Source: an uncultured Acholeplasmatales bacterium (GTDB lineage Bacteria > Bacillota_I > Bacilli_A > Acholeplasmatales > Anaeroplasmataceae). Taken from it: a stretch of DNA of 64,000 bases. The notes under the pieces were generated by a model that was given only the letters and a program-made list of their open reading frames with translations, had not been told where the DNA came from and did no database searches. A program made the position numbers and the translations under genes. Below, piece by piece: positions 27,391 through 37,022 of this stretch (position 1 is the stretch's first letter; every line of letters begins with the position of its first letter). The DNA lies in the NCBI GenBank assembly GCA_944324805.1, contig CALUXS010000005.1, positions 25,157 through 89,156 on the forward strand. Reading direction: 5' to 3'.

Positions 27391-27419
27391 AATATAGCAC
27401 AATTTTATTATCTTGTAAA
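27391..27419 (-). promoter_or_regulatory. Promoter of the small RNA (TTTACA-17-TGcTATATT)
   Basis: -35 at 27414-27419, 17-nt spacer, extended -10 at 27391-27396. The predicted start falls at the first base of the terminal stem. Confidence 0.6.
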
Positions 27420-27423
27420 GTAT

Positions 27424-27747
27424 CTAGCTTATACAACTAAAGATGATTGTTCCTATTCCGATAACAATTAATATCAGGCCAATAATCTTCATCATCGTAT
27501 CGCCACGATCACCACTATTTACATCCATTTTGTTCAAAACTGGTAATAATGCCGCAATAATTCCAACTAGCATTATAGCTAAACCAGGTCCGATTTCATT
27601 TAATATTCCTGGCATTGGCTTTCCCATAAATACATATGAAGCCATAAATATCGCAAATGCACATGTAATAATAACTAAAATTCTTAAAATTAATTGTAGA
27701 GTTTTAAAATTTTTAGACTTTACTTGATTTCCCCTATAGTTTGCCAT
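27424..27747 (-). CDS. Small membrane protein (107 aa, ~3 TM)
   Basis: Hydrophobic segments. RBS GAGGT lies 7 nt before the ATG. The nearly co-extensive plus-strand ORF has no RBS. Confidence 0.5.
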   Translation of the reverse strand: MANYRGNQVKSKNFKTLQLILRILVIITCAFAIFMASYVFMGKPMPGILNEIGPGLAIMLVGIIAALLPVLNKMDVNSGDRGDTMMKIIGLILIVIGIGTIIFSCIS

Positions 27748-27781
27748 TTATTATACCTCATTTCTTTTTGCATTATATCAT

Positions 27782-27840
27782 AAAAAAAGCAAAAGAAAAA
27801 GACTGTAATTAATTCAATGTTTTGAATTTACTACAGTCTT
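27782..27840 (-). terminator. Terminator after rplT
   Basis: Long hairpin aagactgta...tacagtctt (27799-27840) followed on the minus strand by a T-rich run. Confidence 0.65.
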
Positions 27841-27852
27841 AATAGTAATTAA

Positions 27853-28461
27853 TTACTTAGATAAAGCAGCAACTAATTCATCTTTCTTTAAAGTTGAATA
27901 ACCTTTAATACCTTTTTCTTTGCACATTGCTTTTAATTCAGCAACGCTTAATGAATTTAAATCAACATCATTCTTTGCAGGAGCAGCTTCAACTTCTTTT
28001 TCTGCCTTTGGAGCAGCTTTTAAATCATTTGCATGATTTGCACTACGTAATGCTTTTGGAGCTGGTTTCATAAATACATATTCAACCTTTTCAGCTTGAA
28101 CTTTGTTTGCTAAACCATTCTTTGCAACTGCTACTAAATCAGCAAATGCTTTAGCATCATTAACTGCTAATTCAGCTAACATCTTGCGGTTAACTTCTAC
28201 ATTTGCGCAAGCTAATCCGTTGATGAATTGAGAATATTTAATATCATTTAATTTACAAGCTGCATTAATACGTTGAATCCATAATCTACGGAATTCACGT
28301 TTTCTATTTTTACGATCACGATATGCATATGCTAATGAACGCATAACTTGCTCATGAGCTGTTCTATATAATGCATGTTTTGAACCATAATAACCTTTTG
28401 CTAATTTTAAGACTGCTTTACGTCTTCTACGTGTTGTATATCCACCTTTTACTCTTGGCAT
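27853..28461 (-). CDS. rplT: 50S ribosomal protein L20 with ~85-aa C-terminal extension
   Basis: Residues 1-118 are canonical L20 (MPRVKGG...[18 protein letters not shown]...[11 protein letters not shown]...). They are followed by an A/K/P/E-rich linker and a terminal [35 protein letters not shown]. Confidence 0.9.
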   Translation of the reverse strand: MPRVKGGYTTRRRRKAVLKLAKGYYGSKHALYRTAHEQVMRSLAYAYRDRKNRKREFRRLWIQRINAACKLNDIKYSQFINGLACANVEVNRKMLAELAVNDAKAFADLVAVAKNGLANKVQAEKVEYVFMKPAPKALRSANHANDLKAAPKAEKEVEAAPAKNDVDLNSLSVAELKAMCKEKGIKGYSTLKKDELVAALSK

Positions 28462-28481
28462 ATTCCTTACCTCCTATAAAA

Positions 28482-28682
28482 TTAACGCATATTACTGATT
28501 AAGCTATTAATACGCTTCTCATCAGTTGCATGTACAAGTCCAGATTTGTGTAAATTACGATTTTGCTTATGTGTTTTGTTTGTTTTTAAGTGGCCTGTAT
28601 AAGCATGACCGCGTTTAATTTTACCAGTACCAGTAATTTTAATTCTTTTCTTTAAACCACTATGTGTCTTTTGTTTTGGCAT
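28482..28682 (-). CDS. rpmI: 50S ribosomal protein L35
   Basis: MPKQKTHSGLKKR...TG.GK..R..A...H pattern, positioned between infC and rplT. Confidence 0.95.
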   Translation of the reverse strand: MPKQKTHSGLKKRIKITGTGKIKRGHAYTGHLKTNKTHKQNRNLHKSGLVHATDEKRINSLISNMR

Positions 28683-28688
28683 TTTTAT

Positions 28689-29222
28689 TTACTCCTTTGT
28701 TTGTTTTTTAGGTGCGATGGTTGCAAACAACAATTTACCATCCAATTTGATTTCACTTTCTAAAGTCGAACATTCATCTAAAGCTTGAACGAATTTCTCC
28801 ATTACCTCTTTAGCTAACTCTTGATGCATAATCATACGACCTTTTAATCTTAGCGTAATTTTAACCTTATTACCCTTTTCAATGATTGTTTGGGCCTTAC
28901 GAGCCTTAGTTTCAAAATCATGCTTCTCAATCGTTGGACTAAGTTGAATTTCTTGAACGACTACGACCTTTTGCTTCTTTTTCATTTCCTTTAACTTCTT
29001 TTGTTGTTCGAAGCGGAAACGAGAATAATCCATCATTTTAGCTACTGCAGGATTACTATCAGGAGAAACAACAACTAAATCTAAACCACGATTATAAGCC
29101 TCTTCAAGAGCTTTATTGCGGCTTAATAAACCTAGCTTTTCTCCGGTGTCAGTTATTACTAACATCTCTTTTAAACGAATACTTTCATTAACCATTTCTT
29201 CTGGTTTCTTTAAATTGCTAAT
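28689..29222 (-). CDS. infC: Translation initiation factor IF-3 (ATT start)
   Basis: IF-3 N- and C-domain sequence. The frame stays open 9 codons upstream of the track ATG, reaching an ATT preceded by GGAGGTG with 6-nt spacing (GGAGGTGTAAACATT). Non-AUG initiation is the known infC autoregulatory feature. End coordinate is good to +/-1 nt. Confidence 0.9.
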   Translation of the reverse strand: MSNLKKPEEMVNESIRLKEMLVITDTGEKLGLLSRNKALEEAYNRGLDLVVVSPDSNPAVAKMMDYSRFRFEQQKKLKEMKKKQKVVVVQEIQLSPTIEKHDFETKARKAQTIIEKGNKVKITLRLKGRMIMHQELAKEVMEKFVQALDECSTLESEIKLDGKLLFATIAPKKQTKE

Positions 29223-29381
29223 GTTTACACCTCCATCACTATTTCATTAGCAAATAAAAAGGGACACAAAAGCGCCCCTGTAAATATCATAAACAAATAA
29301 TATTTAACGTGACCTTTTTGCCTACCAACGTACTTATCGATCAGGCGAGAACGGGGTTCTGCTTTTCACCTTTTTATTAAC
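29223..29381 (-). promoter_or_regulatory. infC-rpmI-rplT leader RNA (L20-type attenuator candidate)
   Basis: ~160-nt untranslated leader between a consensus promoter and the infC RBS. Contains hairpin AGAAC-CCC-GUUCU and an intrinsic terminator. An upstream CCCC tract could sequester the GGGG arm of the terminator. Confidence 0.55.
29252..29280 (-). terminator. Leader (attenuator) terminator upstream of infC
   Basis: AGGGGCGC-UUUU-GUGUCCCU hairpin (29261-29280) followed by UUUUUAUUU. Confidence 0.6.
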
Positions 29382-29387
29382 ACGTCT

Positions 29388-29415
29388 ATTATACTCATTT
29401 TTTCAACATTGTCAA
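29388..29415 (-). promoter_or_regulatory. infC operon promoter (TTGACA-16-TATAAT)
   Basis: Consensus hexamers at 29410-29415 and 29388-29393. Confidence 0.7.
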
Positions 29416-29443
29416 TAACATTTTTTAATTTTTCTATTATTAC

Positions 29444-29471
29444 TTTACATTTTTCTATTATTAGTTATAAT
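29444..29471 (+). promoter_or_regulatory. rqcH promoter (TTTACA-16-TATAAT)
   Basis: Hexamers at 29444-29449 and 29466-29471. RBS GAGGGA precedes the ATG at 29495. Confidence 0.6.
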
Positions 29472-29494
29472 AAAATAGAATGTGAGGGATTTAA

Positions 29495-31141
29495 ATGAGT
29501 TTCGATGGTATTTTTTTACATAAATTATCTAATGAGTTATCAATATTAAAAACTGGTAGAATTTCAAAAATAAATGAACTTTCAGATACTAATTTTCTTT
29601 TTACTATTAGAGCACAAAAAGAAAATTATAATTTGTTTCTAGGCTTCAATAGTGATACAAGTAGAGTTCACTTAACAAATAGAAATTTTGAGCATACTCA
29701 AAGTAGTAAGGCTTTTACACTTTTTTTAAAAAAACATCTAGAAGGCTATTTCATTAGTGATATTTCTCAATATGAAACTGATAGAATCCTTATTTTTACA
29801 TGTGAAGGTTATAATGAAATGAAAGACCGTAATCTAAAATACCTTATTTGTGAAATAATGGGTAGATATAGTAATTTAATTATAACTGATAATAATTACA
29901 CTATATTAGAATCATTACATCATGATGGTGTTGGTGAATTTAATCGTATTATTATGCCTAATGTTAAATATTCCTTTCCTAAAACAGAAAAGATAAATCC
30001 CTATAAAATAAATAAGGAAGAACTTGAAAATCTTATTAAAAATGGAACATTAAACTCACCAAAGTCTTTTGTTAACTACTTTCTAGGTATTTCTTATAGT
30101 TTTGCCAATCAGTTGTTTGTTAATGATGATATAGTGAATAATTTCTTTAGTTTACTTTACGACAAATACCAACCTTCTATTTTTAATAATTTAAATAATA
30201 AAAATGACTTTTATTTTTTTCATAATACACCATTATCAACATATTATTCATTATCTGATTTACTAGATGAAATTTTCTATGAACGTGATAAAAAAGAACA
30301 AATTAGGAAAGAAACTAATGATTTAATGAAATTTGTCGAAAGACAAATAGATAAAAATAAGAAAAAAATTGATAAACTAATTGAAGAAAAAAATCTTGCA
30401 ATGGATTGTGAAGACCAAAAATTATATGGTGAACTTCTTCTTTCTGCCCCTAACTTAAAAGAAAAAGCTAAATCTATATTAGTCTTCAATTATTACAATA
30501 ATAAAGAGATAAATATCAAATTAGATGAGAAATTAACTATCCTTGAAAATAGTCAAAAATATTATAAAAAATACCAAAAATTAAAGAAATCAATCAGTTT
30601 TATTGATGAGCAAACTAAAATTGCTAATGATGAGATAGAATATTTTAATTTATTAAAAAATCAAATTTTAAATGCTAACTTGCTTGATGTAATCGAAATA
30701 TATGATGAATTGGTAAAAAACAAATATTTAATGCCAAAGAATTCTCAAAATAAAAAGAAAAAGAAACCAAATATAACAACCTATTTAATCGATGATACTA
30801 TAATATATGTTGGAAAAAACAATATTCAAAATGAATATATTACGCATACACTTGCAAAACCACAAAATCTTTGGTTTCATGTGAAAGACGGAAGTGGTTC
30901 CCATGTTGTTATTGCCAAAAATGACGATTATACAGAAAAGGAAATACGTACTGCTGCTAATATAGCTGCATACTATTCATATGCAAAAGATTCTAGTAGC
31001 GTTGCAGTTGACTATACTAAAGTCCGTTATATTAAAAAGATTCCAGGAAAACGAGCATGTTTTGTTAGCTATACTAATCAAAACACAATATATATTGATC
31101 CAAACTATGAACTAATTAAAGAATTGAAGGTGAAAAAATAA
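29495..31141 (+). CDS. rqcH: Ribosome quality-control factor RqcH (NFACT / FbpA family)
   Basis: NFACT-N start MSFDGIFL..L..EL, central K/E coiled coil, and C-terminal NFACT-R/DUF814 motif WFHVKDGSGSHVVI. Confidence 0.85.
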   Translation: MSFDGIFLHKLSNELSILKTGRISKINELSDTNFLFTIRAQKENYNLFLGFNSDTSRVHLTNRNFEHTQSSKAFTLFLKKHLEGYFISDISQYETDRILIFTCEGYNEMKDRNLKYLICEIMGRYSNLIITDNNYTILESLHHDGVGEFNRIIMPNVKYSFPKTEKINPYKINKEELENLIKNGTLNSPKSFVNYFLGISYSFANQLFVNDDIVNNFFSLLYDKYQPSIFNNLNNKNDFYFFHNTPLSTYYSLSDLLDEIFYERDKKEQIRKETNDLMKFVERQIDKNKKKIDKLIEEKNLAMDCEDQKLYGELLLSAPNLKEKAKSILVFNYYNNKEINIKLDEKLTILENSQKYYKKYQKLKKSISFIDEQTKIANDEIEYFNLLKNQILNANLLDVIEIYDELVKNKYLMPKNSQNKKKKKPNITTYLIDDTIIYVGKNNIQNEYITHTLAKPQNLWFHVKDGSGSHVVIAKNDDYTEKEIRTAANIAAYYSYAKDSSSVAVDYTKVRYIKKIPGKRACFVSYTNQNTIYIDPNYELIKELKVKK

Positions 31142-31839
31142 TGAATGCTTATAAAAAATTTTCATATTTTTATGATGAAGTAATGCAAGATTTAGATTAT
31201 TACCTTTGGAGTGAATTCACTGAAAAATTTACAAAACCTGATGATAGTATTTTAGATTTAGCTTGCGGAAGTGGTACTTTTTTAACAATTATGAATTTAC
31301 ATGGTTACAAAACAACTGGTTTAGACTTGTCTGAATCTATTATTGAAATAGCTAAAGAAAAAGCCAAATTAAATCGCCTAGATATTCCGTTTTATGTAAT
31401 GGATATGACTTGCTTTCAACTACCTGAAAGTTTTGATGTAATTACATGTTTCTTTGATTCAATTAATTTTATTGAAAATAAAGATGACCTTAAAAAAATG
31501 TTCAATTCGGTTTACAAGCATCTTAAGAAAGGTGGTTATTTTCTTTTTGACACTTTCTCAAAATTTATGCTTAATGAGTATAAAGACAATTTAATAGATG
31601 AAGATTATCAAACTTTTAAAATCAAATGGAAAACTAAAGCCATAAGTAACAAAAAAATTATGCATGATATAAAAATTGATGATTTCGACCAAATATACAA
31701 TGAAAAATATTACGAATATTACTATGATTTAAATGATTTTGATTTAACTGGTTTTGATATTGTAAAAATAATCGGTGATTTTAACGATGATTTAGAACAA
31801 GACGATGAAAGAATTTTATATGCACTTAGAAAAAAATAA
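31141..31839 (+). CDS. Class I SAM-dependent methyltransferase
   Basis: Motif I ILDLACGSG, followed by D-L-S and motif post-I/II spacing. Confidence 0.75.
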   Translation: MNAYKKFSYFYDEVMQDLDYYLWSEFTEKFTKPDDSILDLACGSGTFLTIMNLHGYKTTGLDLSESIIEIAKEKAKLNRLDIPFYVMDMTCFQLPESFDVITCFFDSINFIENKDDLKKMFNSVYKHLKKGGYFLFDTFSKFMLNEYKDNLIDEDYQTFKIKWKTKAISNKKIMHDIKIDDFDQIYNEKYYEYYYDLNDFDLTGFDIVKIIGDFNDDLEQDDERILYALRKK

Positions 31840-31889
31840 AAGTATAATGCCTTCTAGGATTAATCCTAAAAGTGCATTATACTTTTTTT
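31838..31889. terminator. Bidirectional terminator between convergent genes
   Basis: 10-bp stem agtataatgc/gcattatact enclosing the inner palindrome taggattaatccta. An A-run lies before it and a T-run after. Confidence 0.7.
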
Positions 31890-31890
31890 A

Positions 31891-33186
31891 TTAATTAAAC
31901 TTTAGAACATTATCATTTTCAATAACAATAGAATGATTATAAAAAGCAGTTAATAATCTAATCATCATATCTAAATCTAAAACTCCACAAACCTCATTAC
32001 TTGAATGCATTGCAAGTTGAGGTAATCCAATATCGGCAGAGTGAATACTTACCTGACTTGAAGATATTGCTCCTAAAGTAGAACCTCCACGTACGTCAGA
32101 TCTATTCGCAAATTTTTGAAGTTTTATCTTAGCTTCTTTAGCTAAAATTTGAACATATGATGCGGAAAAACCATCAGTAGTATAACTTTGGTTTGCATTA
32201 TATTTTAATACTACACCTTGATTTAGATATGCCTTATTTAATGAATCTGTTACATTTGGCTGATTTGGATTTACTGCATGTGCATTATCAACCGAAATTA
32301 AGAATGAATTTGCAAAAATTGAATTAATCTCTTCCTTTTTATAATTCAAACTCGATAAAGCACGCTCTAATACGTCAAACAAAAATCTACTTCCTGCTCC
32401 TTGACGTGTTCTACTACCAACCTCTTCATTATCAAAGCAAGTAAATACATTAAAAGTATTACGATTATTACTATTTACAAACGCCTTTAATGACGTATAA
32501 GCAGATGCCAAATCATCTAATTGGGGGCTAATAACTAAATCATTATTATATCCTAATAATCTTGCTCTTTGACGATTTACCAAAACTAAATCAAAGTCAA
32601 GAATATCATCTTCCCTTATATTTAACTCCTTAGAAATAATTGTTTCTATACTTAAATTACTACTTGCATCACCTAAGAATGGAAGCATATCAATTTGCGC
32701 ATTATAGGTAGTTCCTTTAGAAACCTCAGGTTTCATATGAGGAGCCAAGTTAGGTATAACTAAAATATCTTTATCAACATATAAAAGTTTTGTCTCAATT
32801 GTATTGTTATTTTGAACTAATACTCGACCTGCAACAGTAAGTGGCTTATCTAACCAAGTTGGGAAAATTGGTCCACCATAAACTTCTGTATTTAAACGTA
32901 GATATTTTCCATCATTTATTAATGAATTTGGTTTAATCTTAAAAGTTGGCGAATCGCTATGACTAGCAGTAATATTTATACCATAATTACTGTGTGATTT
33001 AGGAGTTGTAAAAGCTATTACTGAAGAGTTATTTCTTACTACAAAATATCCCTTATTTGCTTCTAAATGCCAACTTTTATTTTCTTCTAATTGACTAAAA
33101 CCAGAATTTACTAGAATTTCAACTATATTTTTTGTAGCATGAAAACATGATACACTATCCCTCATAAAATTCAAAAAATTATTCAT
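31891..33186 (-). CDS. M18-family aminopeptidase
   Basis: Length plus motifs SHSDSP, FDNEEVGS and AHAVNPN typical of aspartyl/M18 aminopeptidases. Confidence 0.8.
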   Translation of the reverse strand: MNNFLNFMRDSVSCFHATKNIVEILVNSGFSQLEENKSWHLEANKGYFVVRNNSSVIAFTTPKSHSNYGINITASHSDSPTFKIKPNSLINDGKYLRLNTEVYGGPIFPTWLDKPLTVAGRVLVQNNNTIETKLLYVDKDILVIPNLAPHMKPEVSKGTTYNAQIDMLPFLGDASSNLSIETIISKELNIREDDILDFDLVLVNRQRARLLGYNNDLVISPQLDDLASAYTSLKAFVNSNNRNTFNVFTCFDNEEVGSRTRQGAGSRFLFDVLERALSSLNYKKEEINSIFANSFLISVDNAHAVNPNQPNVTDSLNKAYLNQGVVLKYNANQSYTTDGFSASYVQILAKEAKIKLQKFANRSDVRGGSTLGAISSSQVSIHSADIGLPQLAMHSSNEVCGVLDLDMMIRLLTAFYNHSIVIENDNVLKFN

Positions 33187-33898
33187 TTTCTATCCTCATT
33201 TCTGCCCTTATGCAAAGTTTATCGTCATTATATGCCTCAAAATAATAGACATTGTCAACTTGTTTATATTTAAAATTTAAGTTATCTAAATACCTAGCTT
33301 CATTGATAAAATCAATTTGAAGTTCTTTAATTACAACATTGCTATTAAATTGACAACTATTCATCATTACATCAACATACTTTGAATTATTCATATGTTT
33401 ATTATGATCTAGATCAGTATAACCTACTTGATGTATATAATTTTTTTCTAGTTCTTCATACTTAGGTAACTTATTTAACTTATCATAATTTTTATCTTGT
33501 ACAAATTCACCAACATAATTAATTTCCTCTGCACGAGATAAACGTCTAGTAGTTGTTGATATTAGGACCCAAACAGAGCTTCCTATTGCAATAATATTTC
33601 CATTTTCATCTTCCATTTTATAATTTCTTACAAATTCTAATCGTCCTTTTGGTTCAGGCCATGTTGAAACAACTACAGATTCACCAGGCTTTGGACTTTT
33701 AAATATTGTTATCTTTTCTCTTACTACAACCCAGTAGTATCCTTTTTTGACCATATCACTAAAACCCATACCTATTAACTCAGCATGAGTTCCAGCTATA
33801 TCTTGAAATGAATCTAAAATTGATGTTGGTGTCAATTTATCGTAGCAATCAAAATCATTAGTGCGCATACGATACGTAGTTTTATAAAATAACTCCAT
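33179..33898 (-). CDS. Acyl-ACP thioesterase (FatA/B-like hotdog pair)
   Basis: Size and the pattern YRMRTNDFD......SILDSFQDIAG.H...LG....... followed by a second hotdog with DLDHNKHMNNSKY. Confidence 0.7.
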   Translation of the reverse strand: MELFYKTTYRMRTNDFDCYDKLTPTSILDSFQDIAGTHAELIGMGFSDMVKKGYYWVVVREKITIFKSPKPGESVVVSTWPEPKGRLEFVRNYKMEDENGNIIAIGSSVWVLISTTTRRLSRAEEINYVGEFVQDKNYDKLNKLPKYEELEKNYIHQVGYTDLDHNKHMNNSKYVDVMMNSCQFNSNVVIKELQIDFINEARYLDNLNFKYKQVDNVYYFEAYNDDKLCIRAEMRIENE

Positions 33899-33920
33899 TT
33901 GTATTCTCCTTTTGCATAAA

Positions 33921-33950
33921 TAGTTTAAAAGGAATAGCTAAGCTATCCCT
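33921..33950 (-). terminator. Terminator after sufB
   Basis: ggaatagc-taa-gctatcc hairpin followed by UUUUAAA on the minus strand. Confidence 0.5.
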
Positions 33951-33953
33951 ATT

Positions 33954-35357
33954 TTATCCTATTGAATCTTTCATTTCTACTTTAATTAGACGATTTAATT
34001 CAACAGCATACTCCATTGGTAATTCTTTAGAGAATGGCTCTATAAATCCCATAATGATCATTTCTGTTGCTTCATCTTCTGTTAATCCTCTACTCATTAA
34101 GTAAAATAATTGCTCTTCATTAACCTTACTAACTGTAGCCTCGTGCTCAATATACATATCTGAATTCATTCCTCTATTTAAAGGGATTGTATCAGAACTT
34201 GAAATTCCATCTAAAATTAATGTATCACATTCAACATGGCTTCTTGCACCAGTAGCATTTTTACCATGGCTAACCATACCACGATAGTTAACCTTTCCTC
34301 CACCACGACAAATTGATTTTGATATGATTGTTGATGTGGTATTTTTACCTAGATGAATCATTTTGGCTCCCGTATCTTGATATTGACCTTTGCTTGCAAA
34401 AGCTATTGAAACTGTAGTTCCTTTAGCATAATCACCTTTTAAAATACACGCAGGATATTTCATATTTAATCCTGAACCAACATTACCATCAATCCACTCC
34501 ATATGGCCATTTTCTTCAACTAAAGCACGTTTAGTAACAAGATTAACTATATTATTAGACCAGTTTTGAACAGTAGAATATCTACATTTTGCATTTTTAC
34601 CAACATATATTTCAACTACAGCAGCATGCAAACTATCCTTCGAATATTGAGGAGCTGTACAACCTTCGACATAATGAATATCGGCATCATCATCTACAAT
34701 TATCAATGTTCTTTCAAATTGTCCTACACGTTCACTATTGATTCTAAAATATGATTGGACCGGTTTAGTTACTTTAACACCTTTTGGAACATATATAAAT
34801 GAACCACCAGACCAAACAGCACTATTTAATGCAGCATATTTATTGTCAGATGCAGGAATTATCTTTCCAAAGTACTTTTTCAATAAATCTGGATATAACT
34901 TAAGAGCTGTATCAGTGTCACAAAAAATAACTCCTTGTTCATCTAATTCAACTAAATTTTTATGATAAACAACTTCGCTTTCAAATTGAGTTGATGTTCC
35001 TGACAAGTACTTAGCTTCTGCTTCTGGTATTCCTAGTTTTTCAAAAGTATCCTTTATTTCTGTAGGCACATCATCCCAACTATGCTCAGTTTTCTCTGTA
35101 GATTTAACATAATATGTGTATTCCTGAAAATCAATATTTGATAAATCAGGGCCCCATTTCGGATTAGATAACTCACAAAACTTCTTGTATGCATCTAATC
35201 TAAAATCAGTCATAAATTGAGGTTCATTTTTAGCCTTACTTATGAATCTAATAACATTTTCATTTAAACCTTTACCAGATGTTAAAACTGATTTTGTATC
35301 CGTGTGGAAGCCATACTTATAGTCATCATTACCTTTTATTAAATCTTCATTATTCAT
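33954..35357 (-). CDS. sufB: Fe-S cluster assembly scaffold SufB
   Basis: Typical 467-aa SufB, with FYLMSRGL near the C-terminus. Last gene of sufCDSUB. Confidence 0.93.
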   Translation of the reverse strand: MNNEDLIKGNDDYKYGFHTDTKSVLTSGKGLNENVIRFISKAKNEPQFMTDFRLDAYKKFCELSNPKWGPDLSNIDFQEYTYYVKSTEKTEHSWDDVPTEIKDTFEKLGIPEAEAKYLSGTSTQFESEVVYHKNLVELDEQGVIFCDTDTALKLYPDLLKKYFGKIIPASDNKYAALNSAVWSGGSFIYVPKGVKVTKPVQSYFRINSERVGQFERTLIIVDDDADIHYVEGCTAPQYSKDSLHAAVVEIYVGKNAKCRYSTVQNWSNNIVNLVTKRALVEENGHMEWIDGNVGSGLNMKYPACILKGDYAKGTTVSIAFASKGQYQDTGAKMIHLGKNTTSTIISKSICRGGGKVNYRGMVSHGKNATGARSHVECDTLILDGISSSDTIPLNRGMNSDMYIEHEATVSKVNEEQLFYLMSRGLTEDEATEMIIMGFIEPFSKELPMEYAVELNRLIKVEMKDSIG

Positions 35358-35796
35358 TATTTTCTTCCACCTCTTTCAAAGCTTGTTCACAAGCCTTCCA
35401 AGCAAGAGTAGCACATTTTATACGAGCTGGGAATTGACTAACACCTTTATAAGCAATAGCCTCCCCTAATGCTTCTTCCTTATCTTCATCAAGCTTATTC
35501 CCTTGAATCATTTGATAAAAATAGTTAATTAATTTGTTAGCTTCTTCAACTGTTTTTCCCTTTAAAGCCTCACTCATTACTGATGCACTTGAACAGCAAA
35601 TAGAGCAACCTGTACCATCCTGTCTAACATCAGTAATAATTCCTGACTCTACCTTTACGATAACACGCATATCATCTCCACATGAAGGATTATGAAGATG
35701 AACTAATCTATATCCGTCAACATCACTTATTCCCTTATTACGTGGATTTTTATAGTGATCCATAATAACTTGTCGATATAATTCTTCTAAATTCAT
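35350..35796 (-). CDS. sufU: Sulfur-transfer protein SufU (IscU-like)
   Basis: [16 protein letters not shown] and C-terminal CATLAW motifs. Confidence 0.9.
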   Translation of the reverse strand: MNLEELYRQVIMDHYKNPRNKGISDVDGYRLVHLHNPSCGDDMRVIVKVESGIITDVRQDGTGCSICCSSASVMSEALKGKTVEEANKLINYFYQMIQGNKLDEDKEEALGEAIAYKGVSQFPARIKCATLAWKACEQALKEVEENNE

Positions 35797-35806
35797 ATTA
35801 TACCTC

Positions 35807-37018
35807 CTAAATAAACATACTGAAGAAATCAGCTGCTTCCTTTACAGAAGCAATAAATTTTTTTACATCTTCCTCATCATTGTATATGTAAAATGATGCC
35901 CTCAAAGTACCTACAGTTTTTAACCAATGTATAATTAATTCAGCACAATGATGTCCTGCTCTTATACATACATTATTTTTATCAAAAACTGAAGCAGCAT
36001 CATGAGGATGTACACCTTTTATATTAAATGAGATTACACCAGTATCCGTATTTGGATTATAAATCTCTACATTAGGGATTTTTTTCAATTCTTCTATAGC
36101 AATTTTTTTCAATTTTTCCTCATGCTCTAAAATTTCATCCATACCAATTTCTTGAAGGAATTCACAAGCTCTACCAAGCCCTATAACCTCAGCTATCATC
36201 GGGGTACCTGTCTCAAATTTATATGGTGTATCCTTAAATGTCATATGGTCTAAATAAACATCTTCGGCCATATCGCCACCAAACTCTATAGGTGGCATTT
36301 TATCTAGTAATTTCTTTTTACCATATAAAACCCCAACACCTGTAGGCCCAACCATCTTATGTCCTGAAAATGCCAAAAAATCACAATCTAATTCTTTAAC
36401 ATCTATTTTCATATGTGGAACACTTTGAGCACCATCAACAATAACAATAGCTCCAACTTCGTGAGCCAATTCAATTATTTCTTTTATTGGCGTAATATAT
36501 CCCATTACATTAGAAACGTGAGTTAAAGCTACAACTTTAGTATTCTTTGTCAATACCTTTTTAAATTCTTCAATTGTAACTCTTCCCTCATCATTTAGTT
36601 GAATATATTTAATGGTTGCACCAGTTTTATTTGCCACATTTAACCATGGCATTTGATTAGAATGATGCTCTAATTCACTTGATATTATCTCATCACCAGG
36701 TTTTAAAAAACTTAAGCCATAAGAACTTGCTACTAAATTTAATGCGCTTGATGCCCCTCGCGTAAAAACAATTTCTTCAAAATTAGCATTAATAAATTTT
36801 GCAATTTTTTCTCTTGCCTCTTCGTACTTTGTAGTTGCATCATAACTTAGCTTATATACCCCACGATGAACATTTACACCAGATTTATATAAATATTCAT
36901 CCATTACCTCAATAACTTCTTTTGCCTTTAATGCAGATGCGGCGCTATCTAAATATACTAAATCTGGATGTGCCTCATATGCTAAAAAATGCTTTCTCAT
37001 TTCTTTAACATCGATCAT
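35807..37018 (-). CDS. sufS: Cysteine desulfurase SufS
   Basis: PLP Lys motif SGHKM and active-site RAGHHCA. Confidence 0.93.
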   Translation of the reverse strand: MIDVKEMRKHFLAYEAHPDLVYLDSAASALKAKEVIEVMDEYLYKSGVNVHRGVYKLSYDATTKYEEAREKIAKFINANFEEIVFTRGASSALNLVASSYGLSFLKPGDEIISSELEHHSNQMPWLNVANKTGATIKYIQLNDEGRVTIEEFKKVLTKNTKVVALTHVSNVMGYITPIKEIIELAHEVGAIVIVDGAQSVPHMKIDVKELDCDFLAFSGHKMVGPTGVGVLYGKKKLLDKMPPIEFGGDMAEDVYLDHMTFKDTPYKFETGTPMIAEVIGLGRACEFLQEIGMDEILEHEEKLKKIAIEELKKIPNVEIYNPNTDTGVISFNIKGVHPHDAASVFDKNNVCIRAGHHCAELIIHWLKTVGTLRASFYIYNDEEDVKKFIASVKEAADFFSMFI

Positions 37019-37022
37019 AATA

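Noticed and set aside
27443-27727. Plus-strand 94-aa ORF almost co-extensive with the minus-strand 107-aa ORF.
   Set aside because: The minus-strand ORF has a GAGGT RBS 7 nt before its ATG, is co-oriented with all its neighbours, and encodes clean TM helices. The plus ORF has no RBS.
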